Assembly (NCBI GenBank): GCA_022605425.2
Contig: JAKIMF020000001.1
Coordinates: 2,356,001-2,420,000, forward strand
Source: Hamiltosporidium tvaerminnensis FI-OER-3-3
Taxonomy: Eukaryota > Fungi > Microsporidia
Length of the DNA: 64,000 nucleotides
Direction: 5' to 3'
Under the pieces are notes generated by a model, which was not told the origin of the DNA, did no database searches, and was given only the letters and a program-made list of their open reading frames with translations. The position numbers were made by a program, and so were the translations under genes. Within the stretch, counting starts at the first letter, position 1; the number at the start of each line of letters is the position of its first letter. Positions 12,351-24,300 of the stretch are shown one piece after another.

Positions 12351-12566
12351 ATTTTTAAAGTCTGATGACAAGATTTTTATATTTAGCACTTGCACATAAT
12401 TTAAGAATCAATTGAAACGTAGGTTTGCAAATGCATAAATTTTAAAATCTAACATAATAGCATTCATTATCAATATGAGAGTTTCATATCATCGAAACTA
12501 TTATTAGAAATTCGAATAATATTTTATCTTATAACTTGGACCATTTAAGATCGATTTAAATTTCCA

Positions 12567-15002
12567 ATGCTAAAATTAATTTTGCTATCAACGATTAAAA
12601 GCTTTTTGAAATTATTTTTAAAAAAAGTTTTCTACTCATTTATGTTTGCAGATTTAGATTATAGTAAAACACACAATAATACATTATTTCTACTAATATA
12701 CCTTTCTTGTTATGTACAATTAACCACTGTGAGTTTTTTTGTTTTAAACGATGAAAATTTGATAAATAATTTGAATGCCATTGATTTAGCTTTAGAAATT
12801 AAGGAAATAGAAAATGAACCAATCGGATGGTCTATCGAAGAGGATAAAATCACAATTTTTAAAAATAATATCTTAATCTATGAATCTTGCAATAACGGAA
12901 CGAAATATTACAATCCATTCATTTTAACAATACCTTACATAAATGGCATGTTACTTAATTCAAATTTTTTAAAAACTTCTTTTGATTCTAAACGGACAAA
13001 TATAAACATATTTCTTAAAGACATTTCCTTTTCTGCCTTACTTCTATTCCTTAAATTAATAGATAATCCGGACATTATTGTTAATCAAATGAAAACACGG
13101 GATTTTTTAGATATTTTAATGATTATTTCTATATTAGATACAGAAAAATCTAAAGAAAGAAATTATTTTTTAAAAGAATTACTTAGAAATTTTATGTTCA
13201 CTATGCAAAATGGAAATCAAATTTTTGATTTGGAAAGATACTCTGAGAGTTATCACTATAAATATATAAAAAAATCCATTCTTATGGATTTGTTGATATT
13301 CTTTATTGATTTTATTACATTTAATGATAAAAGCGCAGAGAGATGCATTGTTTTAACAGGAAATAAATATTTGAAGTTTACTAGCCATGAGGTATTCTTT
13401 GTTTTTTGTAAAGGTTTCAGAAAATGTGCGAATTTTGAAATTTATTTAAGATTAAATGATATTGGAATTTATCAATTATACAAAATGATAAATGAAAAAT
13501 ATTTACTAAATATGTGGCGATTCTTACTTAATATTACGAATATAGACCTTCTATATCTTATTTTTTTAGGGATAGACACATATATAAAAGCAACTAAACT
13601 TTTTTCATTTGTAATATTTCATACAGAAAAACTTTATATTCATTATCATGCACATCCAATGGAGTTATTTTGCAAAAGACAACTTAGTCTCTTTTCTAAA
13701 AATTTAAAAGTATTAAAATTAGAATTTGATTTCACACTAGACGAACTTAAAATCATATTAAATTTCTGTGATAACATTCATGAAATTGTATTAAATACGA
13801 GAGTATCAAATTTTGAATTTCTAGATTTACTAATAACATTTTTAGTAAAGAATCCAGATAAAATTTGTAAACTTTATAGTCACATATATGAATTAGACAA
13901 TACAGATATCAGTGTACTAAGAAATTTTCCAAAAAATTTAATATTCTATTTTCTAAATTTGACGAATCAATCTGAAAATATAGAAATTCCCCTTCAATAT
14001 TTACCATTTTTGAATAAATATCGTTATTCCAATTATGAAAATTTAAAATTAGCTACTAATTATATTTTGTTAGAATGTATAAGATATAAATCTATTGAAC
14101 TTGATTATAAAGAATATTCATCACCGTTTGAAATCGATAGCGCAATTTTAAAATCGCTTGGATGTTTAAATACAATTAAATATTTTACCTTGCGAAACAT
14201 TTTAGTCAGTGATGAATTGCTATTATTTGTTTTAAATTCGAAAACCATTGAGTGTTTAGTAATCCAAAAATTTATATTGAAAAATAATTTTAAATATTAT
14301 TTAAGGAATAATAAGATAAATCAAAAATTACTGTTTTTAGATTTAATAGAATCTCTATATGATATTGATCAGAATATTTTGGTTTATTTAATACAATTCA
14401 AATGTATATCTTGTATAAAGCTAATCAATATATATTTTACTAAATCTTATTTCCAAAAATTTTATCAATATCTTTTTCGCTTTGTAACAAAAAAAGATAA
14501 CAGAATATGTTTGAAATTTTTAAAAATTTTTACGAATTCAAATAATAGGAAAATTTTTGATTATTTGCATTTTTTATCCGAAATATACGATTATTCAATG
14601 CTTTTGAAAATTATGTATCATGTTTATACAATTACTAATCTAGAATATTATTTTTTTAGCAAAATGGTTAATTTAGAAGCCATTTCAATCGAAATTCGCC
14701 ATTTATCAGATTGTATCAATTTTAATATAATATTTATAAACTGTAATTTATTTAAGACAATTACGACGCTAGCTATTTATTGCAGTAAAATTAACAAAGA
14801 AGAAATGAAATTTTTTAAATCATTCAAAAATTTAATGATTTTATGCTTATCGTGCGAAATACTTGATTATGAAGCAATTTCTTGTATGAGAAAAAAAGAC
14901 TTTAAAACCGCCCAGTTTGATATTATAAAACCTATTCGAGCAGATAGATCGAATGAAATCAATAACTATCTCGATTCAGAATTTGAAAACAATTTTCTAT
15001 AG
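12567..15002 (+). CDS. Family A lineage-specific protein: hydrophobic N-terminus, BTB/POZ-like segment, degenerate LRRs
   Basis: Intact 811-aa ORF with LxxLxL repeats (NLKVLKL, NLEAISI, NLMILCL); tandem paralogue of 9466-11865. True start may be the downstream ATG (MFADLDY). Confidence 0.8.
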   Translation: MLKLILLSTIKSFLKLFLKKVFYSFMFADLDYSKTHNNTLFLLIYLSCYVQLTTVSFFVLNDENLINNLNAIDLALEIKEIENEPIGWSIEEDKITIFKNNILIYESCNNGTKYYNPFILTIPYINGMLLNSNFLKTSFDSKRTNINIFLKDISFSALLLFLKLIDNPDIIVNQMKTRDFLDILMIISILDTEKSKERNYFLKELLRNFMFTMQNGNQIFDLERYSESYHYKYIKKSILMDLLIFFIDFITFNDKSAERCIVLTGNKYLKFTSHEVFFVFCKGFRKCANFEIYLRLNDIGIYQLYKMINEKYLLNMWRFLLNITNIDLLYLIFLGIDTYIKATKLFSFVIFHTEKLYIHYHAHPMELFCKRQLSLFSKNLKVLKLEFDFTLDELKIILNFCDNIHEIVLNTRVSNFEFLDLLITFLVKNPDKICKLYSHIYELDNTDISVLRNFPKNLIFYFLNLTNQSENIEIPLQYLPFLNKYRYSNYENLKLATNYILLECIRYKSIELDYKEYSSPFEIDSAILKSLGCLNTIKYFTLRNILVSDELLLFVLNSKTIECLVIQKFILKNNFKYYLRNNKINQKLLFLDLIESLYDIDQNILVYLIQFKCISCIKLINIYFTKSYFQKFYQYLFRFVTKKDNRICLKFLKIFTNSNNRKIFDYLHFLSEIYDYSMLLKIMYHVYTITNLEYYFFSKMVNLEAISIEIRHLSDCINFNIIFINCNLFKTITTLAIYCSKINKEEMKFFKSFKNLMILCLSCEILDYEAISCMRKKDFKTAQFDIIKPIRADRSNEINNYLDSEFENNFL

Positions 15003-15469
15003 AAACCTACAGAAAGTAATCTACCCAAAGAAGCAGACGAACTTTAATATTTAAGTTTTGGTGCTATCTTAGATAGCGTTTGTTGTAAAATTTTTAGAAT
15101 ACAGACTTTATTTCAAAGAATATTTATAAAAAATTTTTAATCTGCTAATAAACATCAATATATTATTGCATTTTATGTCTACAAAAAGTTATATTAGAAA
15201 ATATTTTGGTTTTTTTCCATAATTTTACGAGTTTTCTGTGATTTTTTTATTGTGATAGAATGGCGATTCAGAAGCAGAATTTATGACCAATATATATTTT
15301 TTTTGTTTATTTTCAAAGGTCTCTTTTTTCAGCTTAGACTTTTTTTCTATATTAATGCCCATTTTTGATCATCCTCATATCCTTAAAATAAGCAAATAGT
15401 AGCTGTCAATTTTTTTGATAATTCATAATTTGATGGTACTATATAATCTGATCTTGATTCCAAAAAAAA

Positions 15470-17010
15470 TCTAGTTTATATTTCCTCTTTACTATTTTAA
15501 TCACTTTACTCTCCTAGTATAAATCAGACTTTTTTATATTTATTTTCTGTCATCTATAAGAAATAGGAAAAATTTATTTTTTGTTTTTGGATGTTTGACA
15601 TAATATTCCCTTTCTATTGGTTTTAAAAAGAAAGTTTTTTTTTTGTAATTCTGTTCTTTGTATTACATTCAATGACGCTCCTTTACAACTCTCTTCGGAA
15701 TTTTCTCCTAACTCAAGTCCTCTTCGTTCATTGCAAGAAAATGTTTCCACCATCTCTTTGATCACATTTGACTGGAAATATGATTCTAATTCTTGGATAT
15801 TCGCAGTCTTATAAGGTACATTTATGGTATTTTTTCACAATACTCCCCCCCAATATATCACATAGAAGATTATCTCAATACTAAACCCATAAAAAAGACA
15901 AATCTGATTAGCTAATAGGTCATAATTCCTAAGTTTCCTATTTCAACTATTCGAAGTGAATCTTTGGAAGTAACTCCTGCTATAATAAAAGTTTTCTCAT
16001 GTTTACTCAAATCTATAAAAAATTATCGAGTCTATAATTCCAAAACATGATCTTGGTTTTTATCCTGGTATACACTATTATTTAAGTATACTAATTTTCA
16101 AGAAACTTCGCACTGAGTGGATCTGAATTCATTTTAAAAACAAAATCTGTAGTTCTTTCTAGGTGAAGCTCTAGGAACCTCACTTCATAATTATGCCATC
16201 TAGTGTGATCATATCTGTGCATTTTCTCACATCTAATAAATAAATGATCTACTGTTCTACCAGGCATGTTACAGTGTCAACACATACCATTTGTCTGCCA
16301 AAATATATTTTTAGCTCGGATATAGAAAGAAAATCACCTCATCTGGTGACTTAATATTATATTAATTTGCCATTTTGAAGAGTAATTTAGATTCAAAGGA
16401 AATGTTTTTTTCTTGTATTAATAAAACCTTAAATTGAAATTCTATTTCAATTTCGCTATTAAATGCGAAAGTTGAGCTTCTATTTAGTTATTTTTATTGG
16501 CATCCTCTTTCTACCTACATTTCAATTTTAAGCAACTTTTTTTGGTGCAAGATAAGTTTTAAGCTTAGTTTTCATTTTGAAGATTGCTCTTTCCGAGTTG
16601 ATATTTCTTTATTTTTTTCCAGATAATCTTGACTTGCCGAAGCTTTGGCTTTACTTCAACTCATCACCATGTAAGCTTCTTCCATGTTATTTTTAGAGAG
16701 GATACAAACGCTCTTTATATCCTGTTCCGAGGTGTAACTGTTTAGACATCATGCCATACTGCCATTTAAAATTGAGAATTCGGCGGTTCGAGACGAAGTA
16801 TTTAATATTAGAATTGATTAACGATATCGCATGTTGATTAACTGCAGAAAATCATTTTTTTTGTATTCAATACAGTGGTGATAAGTACTCTATGCCTTAC
16901 CATTGGTTTTGTTTGTACTTCATCAAATGAGCTACATGTCGTATCACCTTCCTATTTTTAATTATTCTCAAATATTTAGAAACACGAACACCTTCTAGAA
17001 TAATCGGTAT
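15470..17010 (-). mobile_element. Decayed 3' portion of R4-like retrotransposon
   Basis: Colinear with ~21410-22980 (gattaacgatatcgcatgttgatt; ctcaagtcctcttcgt); ORF remnant VETFSCNERRGLE. Confidence 0.85.
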
Positions 17011-17221
17011 CATTGCGAAACATCAACCGAAATGATAATACCAAAGTTAATGTACATATAAAGTGAAAATATAATAACAATAAATAATCTCATCTATATT
17101 TTCAATCCTATACAAAAAACTTTTTTTCTCCAATCTTACCGTATCTCTCGATGCGAGAATGAAAGAAGAAGGTTTTCTAATTTCTTCTCTATATTTTACA
17201 TTTTAGAATTAGCCTTTGATT

Positions 17222-17370
17222 ATATACGTGGTGGAGAGCGCATGTTTTCAACCCAAGGCCTGTAATTATTTAATATCACAGAGAAACCTTAAAAAAAACG
17301 CATATTACGCCCTGCGACTACTAATAATTACCTAGATGGTTTCAGAGGAGAAGTCTCAGGTGAGGGATTG
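17222..17370 (+). other. GC-richer relic, possibly an RTE-clade 5' UTR
   Basis: acgtggtggag...gccctg...caggtgaggga resembles RTE/Expander 5' regions from memory; not verified. Confidence 0.3.
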
Positions 17371-17498
17371 AATAATACAAAATGTAAAATACAAAATCCT
17401 TAAATTAAAACCAATATATTTGCATCTAAAAATATAAAACAACACTTTAAAATTATAATTTATAAGTTATAATGCCTAAATTTTGAATGTAATTAGTT

Positions 17499-19733
17499 TC
17501 ATTGAATTACGTCTTTTACAGAAACAATCCTTTTGACTTCGCTTTCTTCTAAAACACACTTTCCCATATCAAATTCTTGTGCCATTTCTCTAAAAAACCT
17601 TCTCGCAATATTTATTGCCATATCCACACTAAGATTACTACATCCATCTTCCATACAACTTAATATCCATTTGGGAAGTTTATTTTTTTTATCGCTTTTT
17701 TCAAATCTATGATCTGCCATTACCATTAATCCATAATCATTCTTACTTCTTAATACTCTTCCCAAACATTGAGCACATTGTCTCATGGCATCAAAATTTA
17801 AAAAATCCGATTCTTTAATTCCCAAAGAACGTAAAAATTCCAATCTTTTTTTAAGTTTTACGCTTAAAACATATTGAAATGGTACACCTATCACTATACA
17901 ACACCTACCCCAACATCCACTAAAATCTACACCTTCACTTACCTTTCCTCGAGCAATACAAAACAATACACCTCCTCTCCCATTCTCACAACATAATCTG
18001 TAATTTTCTAATGCTTTTTCACTTTCTAAATTATCTACACTTTCACAAAAAACCAATTTGTTTTTAGAAATCTCAGTAATGACACCCATTTCACACCACA
18101 GCGTCACTATTTCTTCCATGTATAAATAAGAAGGGAAAAACACAACCATTCCGTCAGGAACTACTTTACTAAATTCGATAACTAAACTTCCATAATTTCT
18201 TACAATCGATGGGTCAGATCTAAGTGAAAAGGAAGTAGTTACAGCTGTTTTTGGATCAATTTTGTTATCCTGTTTACCAATTTCTTGTGCTTTTACTATC
18301 ATTTGATCGTTTCCCTTTGTTATTATCAGTGGTAGAACACTATTTCTAGCAAGTGTTACACCAATTTCTACAGATTTTACAGGAACAAATCCTAGAATCT
18401 TTGGATACATCGAAATAGGACTGAGCGTACCGCTGGTTATTACAACAGTAGAAAATCTTTTAAATATTTTTTTAAAAACAATAGAACTATCCAAACAACT
18501 AAGAGTTAAAACAGGAGAAAACAATCCTGACGTATCATATGGTTCATAAATGACACTGAATCCTTTATTGTGTAGAGAAAGCAAAGTAATAAAATCTACG
18601 ACTTTTTTTAAGTTTCGTAAATCTTCATCAGATTTCAAAGTAGAAATCAAAATATTAAATCTGTAGGAAGTAAAAGTGAGGGTTTTTCTGTCCAAAAGTA
18701 AAGTTTCTTTGATTGCTTTAGAAAAATTTATAGGTGTTTCTGTCGAAAGATGTGTAGATTTAAGCCGTGTTTTAAAAAATTCTATAAGTCGTTTTAATAC
18801 AGAAACAAAATGAATTGCATTTCTTAAATTTCCTGGTACAAATTCAAATTCACATTCATTAAAATCGGGTGGAATTGATTCTGAAATATTCGAAGTATTT
18901 TTCAATAAATTATTTTTTAATTTTAAATATTCTGTTTCTAAAATTTTATATGAATTTAATTTCATTTCTTTAATTTTATTTTCAATTATTTTTATACATT
19001 TGGTTGAAACATCCAAATCGTATCTTTTCAATTCAATGGTAAGAGCTTCTATAGCAGAATTGTCTATATTATGTGCTTCATCAAATATTACCAGTGTATT
19101 AGAAGGAAGTGATTTAGAAACAATATCACTAATATGGGGATCTAAAAGATAATTATATGTGTAAATAATACAATCAGAAAGCGGCAATAATTTTCTAGCT
19201 AAAAAATATGGACAAATTGACTTTTCAATAGAAAGTAATTTTAATTTTTCTATGCTGTAAACACCCGAAGTAAAACTTTCAAATTTTTCTAAATTTTCAA
19301 GAAAATCACATTTCGTTATTGACCAAGGAGCAGTTAATAGTCTACAGATACGATCTGTATCTATTTTGGCCTTAGGATTTATACAAAGATGTTTACGAGA
19401 AGCAAGTCCAATACCAAGAAAGTTTATTTTTTCATGTTTATTTATAAATTCATATAAATTTTCCAATTCTTTTAGTGCTTTATCAATTTCTGGGACAGTT
19501 CGTGAACAATAAGCTATTTTAAAAGATGGTTTGTTATTCTTTTTCAAATACATTTGAAACGAAACCGAAGCAGATAACAACGCTATAGTTTTTCCTGTAC
19601 CAGAAGGCATTTCTATAAGAGAATGACCTGTGGTTTTAAGAAGGTTTATAAGTTCTTTAATATAATTGAGTTGTTCGGGATAAATAGAAGAATAAGGGAA
19701 ATATATTGGTACATCGTCAACGGTAAAAATCAT
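17499..19733 (-). CDS. RAD3: TFIIH XPD/Rad3 DNA helicase
   Basis: FPYSSIYPEQ, EMPSGTGKT, YCSRTVPEI, Fe-S cysteines, FDEAHNID, RGKVSEGVDF, QCLGRVLRSKNDYG; CCCCC before ATG. Confidence 0.97.
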   Translation of the reverse strand: MIFTVDDVPIYFPYSSIYPEQLNYIKELINLLKTTGHSLIEMPSGTGKTIALLSASVSFQMYLKKNNKPSFKIAYCSRTVPEIDKALKELENLYEFINKHEKINFLGIGLASRKHLCINPKAKIDTDRICRLLTAPWSITKCDFLENLEKFESFTSGVYSIEKLKLLSIEKSICPYFLARKLLPLSDCIIYTYNYLLDPHISDIVSKSLPSNTLVIFDEAHNIDNSAIEALTIELKRYDLDVSTKCIKIIENKIKEMKLNSYKILETEYLKLKNNLLKNTSNISESIPPDFNECEFEFVPGNLRNAIHFVSVLKRLIEFFKTRLKSTHLSTETPINFSKAIKETLLLDRKTLTFTSYRFNILISTLKSDEDLRNLKKVVDFITLLSLHNKGFSVIYEPYDTSGLFSPVLTLSCLDSSIVFKKIFKRFSTVVITSGTLSPISMYPKILGFVPVKSVEIGVTLARNSVLPLIITKGNDQMIVKAQEIGKQDNKIDPKTAVTTSFSLRSDPSIVRNYGSLVIEFSKVVPDGMVVFFPSYLYMEEIVTLWCEMGVITEISKNKLVFCESVDNLESEKALENYRLCCENGRGGVLFCIARGKVSEGVDFSGCWGRCCIVIGVPFQYVLSVKLKKRLEFLRSLGIKESDFLNFDAMRQCAQCLGRVLRSKNDYGLMVMADHRFEKSDKKNKLPKWILSCMEDGCSNLSVDMAINIARRFFREMAQEFDMGKCVLEESEVKRIVSVKDVIQ

Positions 19734-20099
19734 GGGGGTAACTTTTATGAAAATTGGTTTGAATTTTTTTTATTTTGAATGAATTAGAATCTGGAAATAT
19801 TTTTTTGTTGAAAATAATCGTTTTTTGCTTTCCTCGTATCATTTTCTTTAAAATTTAGAATAAATGATTTTTAAAAATATTTTTGTGTAAAATTATCGTA
19901 AATAAGATTTCTTTTATATTTTAACCAGCATAGATTGCATTTACTTGTATGAGTTTTTTTAATCGTTTTTTTATTTTTTAATTCAAATACGTTGGCTATT
20001 AAAAGTTAAATTAAGAAAGTTTTTTTCAATAGGTTAGTTCTCTATCTTAGGTTCTTTATAATGAACTTATGTATTATCAAATTGTAATGGAAAAATTTG

Positions 20100-20180
20100 G
20101 TCCCAAATATAGAAGAATAGAAGAGGATTGTTAAGAGGACCGAGCAATTCAAGGGCTGTAGCGTCGCAGGAGTTAGCTAG
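20100..20180 (+). mobile_element. Short RTE 3'-end fragment
   Basis: gggctgtagcg terminus like the minus-strand RTE end at 61697 and the SINE-like copies. Confidence 0.5.
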
Positions 20181-20284
20181 TTATATATTATCAAACCTAC
20201 AAAATGTAAAGAGAATAAGCAAACTAAAACTTTCTGCTTGGCTATAAACAGTAAAATTGATGTAAAAACCACAGGACATCTGCG

Positions 20285-20480
20285 GGTTTTCAAGAGATTT
20301 GTATATGAAGGAAAAGGCCAAAAAACCATGAAATTTCTTTGATAGAGTTGGTTGCTAGATTTTTGTGTAAAAGCATTAAGAAAAAAACCAGGATTGCAGT
20401 AATTGATATTGTAAAACATGTGAGTAGCTCTTAGATTTCTCGGTTTAGAAGACTTGGCGTCTGTGAATACAAAAAAACGT
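20285..20480. repeat. Dispersed repeat Y, copy 2 (inverted relative to copy 1)
   Basis: Reverse complement shares several 10-16-nt blocks, in order, with 8640-8835. Confidence 0.5.
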
Positions 20481-21366
20481 GTATTTAAAAACTAATTAGC
20501 ATTATGTGCCTACCTATGAAATCGATTCTTCTATCTGATACCTATTAACTTTCGAGTTACATCTTGGCTGAATTTCTATTTGGTTTAAAAATTTTATAGT
20601 ATGTGGAACTTTCGATGCTCATAGAGAGGCCTAAAGTAGTTGTGAACGTCGATAAGAATGTGTGAAGTAAACTTTAAAGAGCTTTAGACAACTGTTCGGC
20701 TTATCTATTCGTATTAAACATGTATTAAAGGAAAAATATTACGCTTTAGATATTGTGAAATACACCAACAAGTTCTTATAAATTTTAATACTAAAAATCG
20801 ATTTTAATAAGAAAATAATATAAAACACGCCACTTTATTAGAGCATCGCAAAATATATATTTACTCGGTAATTTTCGATTTGATTTTATAATGAAATTTA
20901 TACTTCTTCTTTAAATATAATGCAGTTTATTATTTTTATGTAACTATCATTGATGTAACCGACCCTATAGAAAAGATGGATTTTATTTAAAACAAGTGAT
21001 CGTTTGATTATGAGAATAGTCTAAGTTTTATATTTTTTTATAGAAAGAAATAATGGAAAAGAAAAATAATAATTTCTTAAAGCAATTAGTAAAATAAAGA
21101 TTGATTAAAATACAAAAACTATCTATTTTAGTTTCCTGTATAAAAATAATAGTCGATAGTTGCGAAAAATTTGTAACTGATCTCAATTTTAAAGATTTTA
21201 TTGAATGTTTTAAAATTTTATTCTCAGAGTCTATTACACTGGTTTATATTTTTCTAATTTAAACGTTTAAAACTTACAAATTTATTAATTTAGCTTGAAC
21301 ATAAAGGTATATGTTTTTCAATGCAGAAAATTAATATTTATTTTAAAATCACCTAAAATTATAAAT

Positions 21367-24300
21367 TTATTTAATAAAATTCTAGGTTAAAATATTTTAA
21401 CATTTTTATATGTTTTCTTCTACCTCTTTAACCACTATTGTTTCTTCTTCCAAATCCGACTCTTCATTTATGTTATTGGTCGGTTCCTCCAGAGTGGTTC
21501 CTCCTTGTGAAATAAGGGGTGTATTATTTTTTGGTTTTAAAGTTTTAACACCATCTTCCTCTCTTTTCGCTTCTTTTAAAGGGGGTATTGGTTCCTCATG
21601 CATCTCTGATCTCATAATAACACCCATTGACGCTCTCTCCCAGCTCTCTTCGGCATTTAGTCCTGACTCAAGTCCTCTTCGTCGATCAAAGGAAATAGTT
21701 TCGACTGTCTTTTTAAGTACTATAGACTGAATGTATGCTTCTACATTCATGGGTATTTCTAGTCTTTTAAGATGAGATTTATGGTATTTTGTCACAATAC
21801 CGTCCCAGGTCATCACATAAGGGATTATCTCAACACTACACTTATAAATAAGGCCCAACTCATTGGCTAGCAGGTCATACTTCCTAAGTTTTTCAGTTTC
21901 AACTATTTGAAGTGAATCTTGGGAAGTGATTCCTACTTCAATGAGTGTTATCTTATTTTTCTTCTTATCTAAAATAAATATGTCCGGTCTGTTATTCCGA
22001 ATTTTAACATCAGTTTTAATTCTGGTGTCCACTCTTATCTCTGCATACTCATTATCAAGAATTTCTTGAACAGAGTGGCTCCTTATTCGTTTTGAAGACT
22101 TAAACTTATATCTATTTAGAAGGAGAAGGTGTAGGCATCTAACCACTTCATTATGCCGTCTAGTGTAATCATGGCCTAGCATTTTTTCACATCTAGTTGC
22201 TAGATGATCCACAGTCTTACCAGACTTCCCGCAATGTTGACACACACCATCTGCTCCCCAGAATACATTTCTATCCTGGATATAGCAGAACACAGCTTCA
22301 TTTCGTGGCCTAATATTTCCTCTCTTTAGCCATCTTGAAGAGTCACTAACACTCACAAGCTCATTTTTCCTTGCATTATATAACTTTGAATGGAGTTTTC
22401 GTTTTTCTATTTCGTTATAAGGTTTTGCAAGTTGAGCTTCTTCTAAACTTTTCTTAGTGACTTCTTCTACCAACCTGTACTTTACTTTTAAGAAGCCTTT
22501 TATTAGTGCAAGATGGGTTTTATTATTATTCTCCACCTTGAGGATTGCTGCTCGTCTAGTTGATATTTCTTTACTTTTTTCCAGACAATCCAAGAGTTGC
22601 AGAAGCATATGTTCGCTTCGCAACTCAACACTATGTAGGCCTCTTCCAAGTTCTGTTCTAGGAAGATACAACCGCTCTTTACATCCTGGGCGGAGATGTA
22701 TCTTATTTTTAACCAACACCGCACGCACTGCATCATCTAACTTAGAGAAGTCAGCCGGTTCAAGTCGAAGTACTCCTATGTGGTAGTTGATTAACGATAT
22801 CGCATGTTGATTGATTGCAGAAAATAAATTTTTTGCATTTAATCTAGTGTGACAAAGTCTTTCAACTCTTGATATAAGTTTGCTCTGTACTTCTTCAAAT
22901 GAGCTACGTGTTGGGATTCCTCTGCTATCTTCTATTATTCCTAAATATTTGTAAACACTAACACCTTCTAGAAGATTAGCAGTCTCTTCACAACACGTAT
23001 CATTTGTGGCTGACTTTTCTTTATTAATCTCTAAGCCAATCACCTCTAAAAATCCCTTTGCCTCGTCTGTCATAGCACTCAATGTGGAGCTGTCTTTTGC
23101 AAGGAGCTTAAGATCATCAATAAACAAGAGATGATTAGTAGAATGGGATTCTGCATCTGTTTGTACTGTCACTTTTGTGTATTTTTCATTAAGCTTTCGG
23201 CTTAATGGATCCATACACAACACAAATAACAAAGGTGACAGACTATCTCCTTGTAGAATCACTCTATCAATCTTCTTGCTCATGATTTTTTCAGGCCCTA
23301 CTGATATATCAATTTTCCATTTTGATATAATTACCTTAATAAATTTCAGGATCCAATCAGGTAAATTAAGGTTTTCAATGCATTGAGTTAAATAAGCATG
23401 ATCTATTGAATCATAAGCTTTTTTAACATCAATCCATGTTGCCTTAAGATTATTTCCATACTCTTTATTTAAGGCAATATTCAGTAGAGCCTGCTCTTTC
23501 GCTCCCTGCACACCTCTTACCGCCCCTAGTTGGTTCTCTGCAAGCAACCCTCGCCTTTCCACTTCAAGTTGAACGACTTTCGTTACACACTTTGTCGTTA
23601 ACTTATAGAGGTTGGACATACAAGTGATTGGCCTGTAGTCAGAGCCTCTTCGTGGAATTCCTTTCGGTATCAAATACGTAAGCCCGCAGTAAAACCAATC
23701 AGCTTGAGGTGTTCCTTCTAAACATATAACTTTCACAATATCATAAAGATATTTGTGGAGAGTTGTAAGTTTCTTAATGAAAAAATTGTAAATACCATCA
23801 ATTCCAGCAGCTTTCCAATTAGGGAGCCAATTAATGATATTCACAAATTCATCAAGTGAAGGAAACGTGGTCGGATGATTATCTGATACAAATGGAATCA
23901 AATAATCATCGTACGTGACTGTGTCATCATTTTTGTTCCACATTGTAGACCAAAAACTCACAATTTCATCACGGCTAACCACATGCTCGGATTCCACACG
24001 CTCGGATAACCCACGATAAAATCGACCTCGGAAAAGCTCAAACATACGATTCTCTTTTCGGAATTGCTTCCTACCAACATACATCCTAATTTTTTTCTCA
24101 TAAATGTTCAAAGACTCATTCTTCTTAACTAAAGCCTTAGAAAGATCAGTTACACTGCTCAAGTTTAAATTAAACTCTCGCATGACTTTCTTAAGGCTCT
24201 TCGTTTCCGAAGTGGAGAGCTTTTCCTGCTTACGAGCCTTCTCGAGAAGATCTTTGGAAAGTACTAACTTAGAAATTTTACTTTCTATGTTTTCCTTCCA

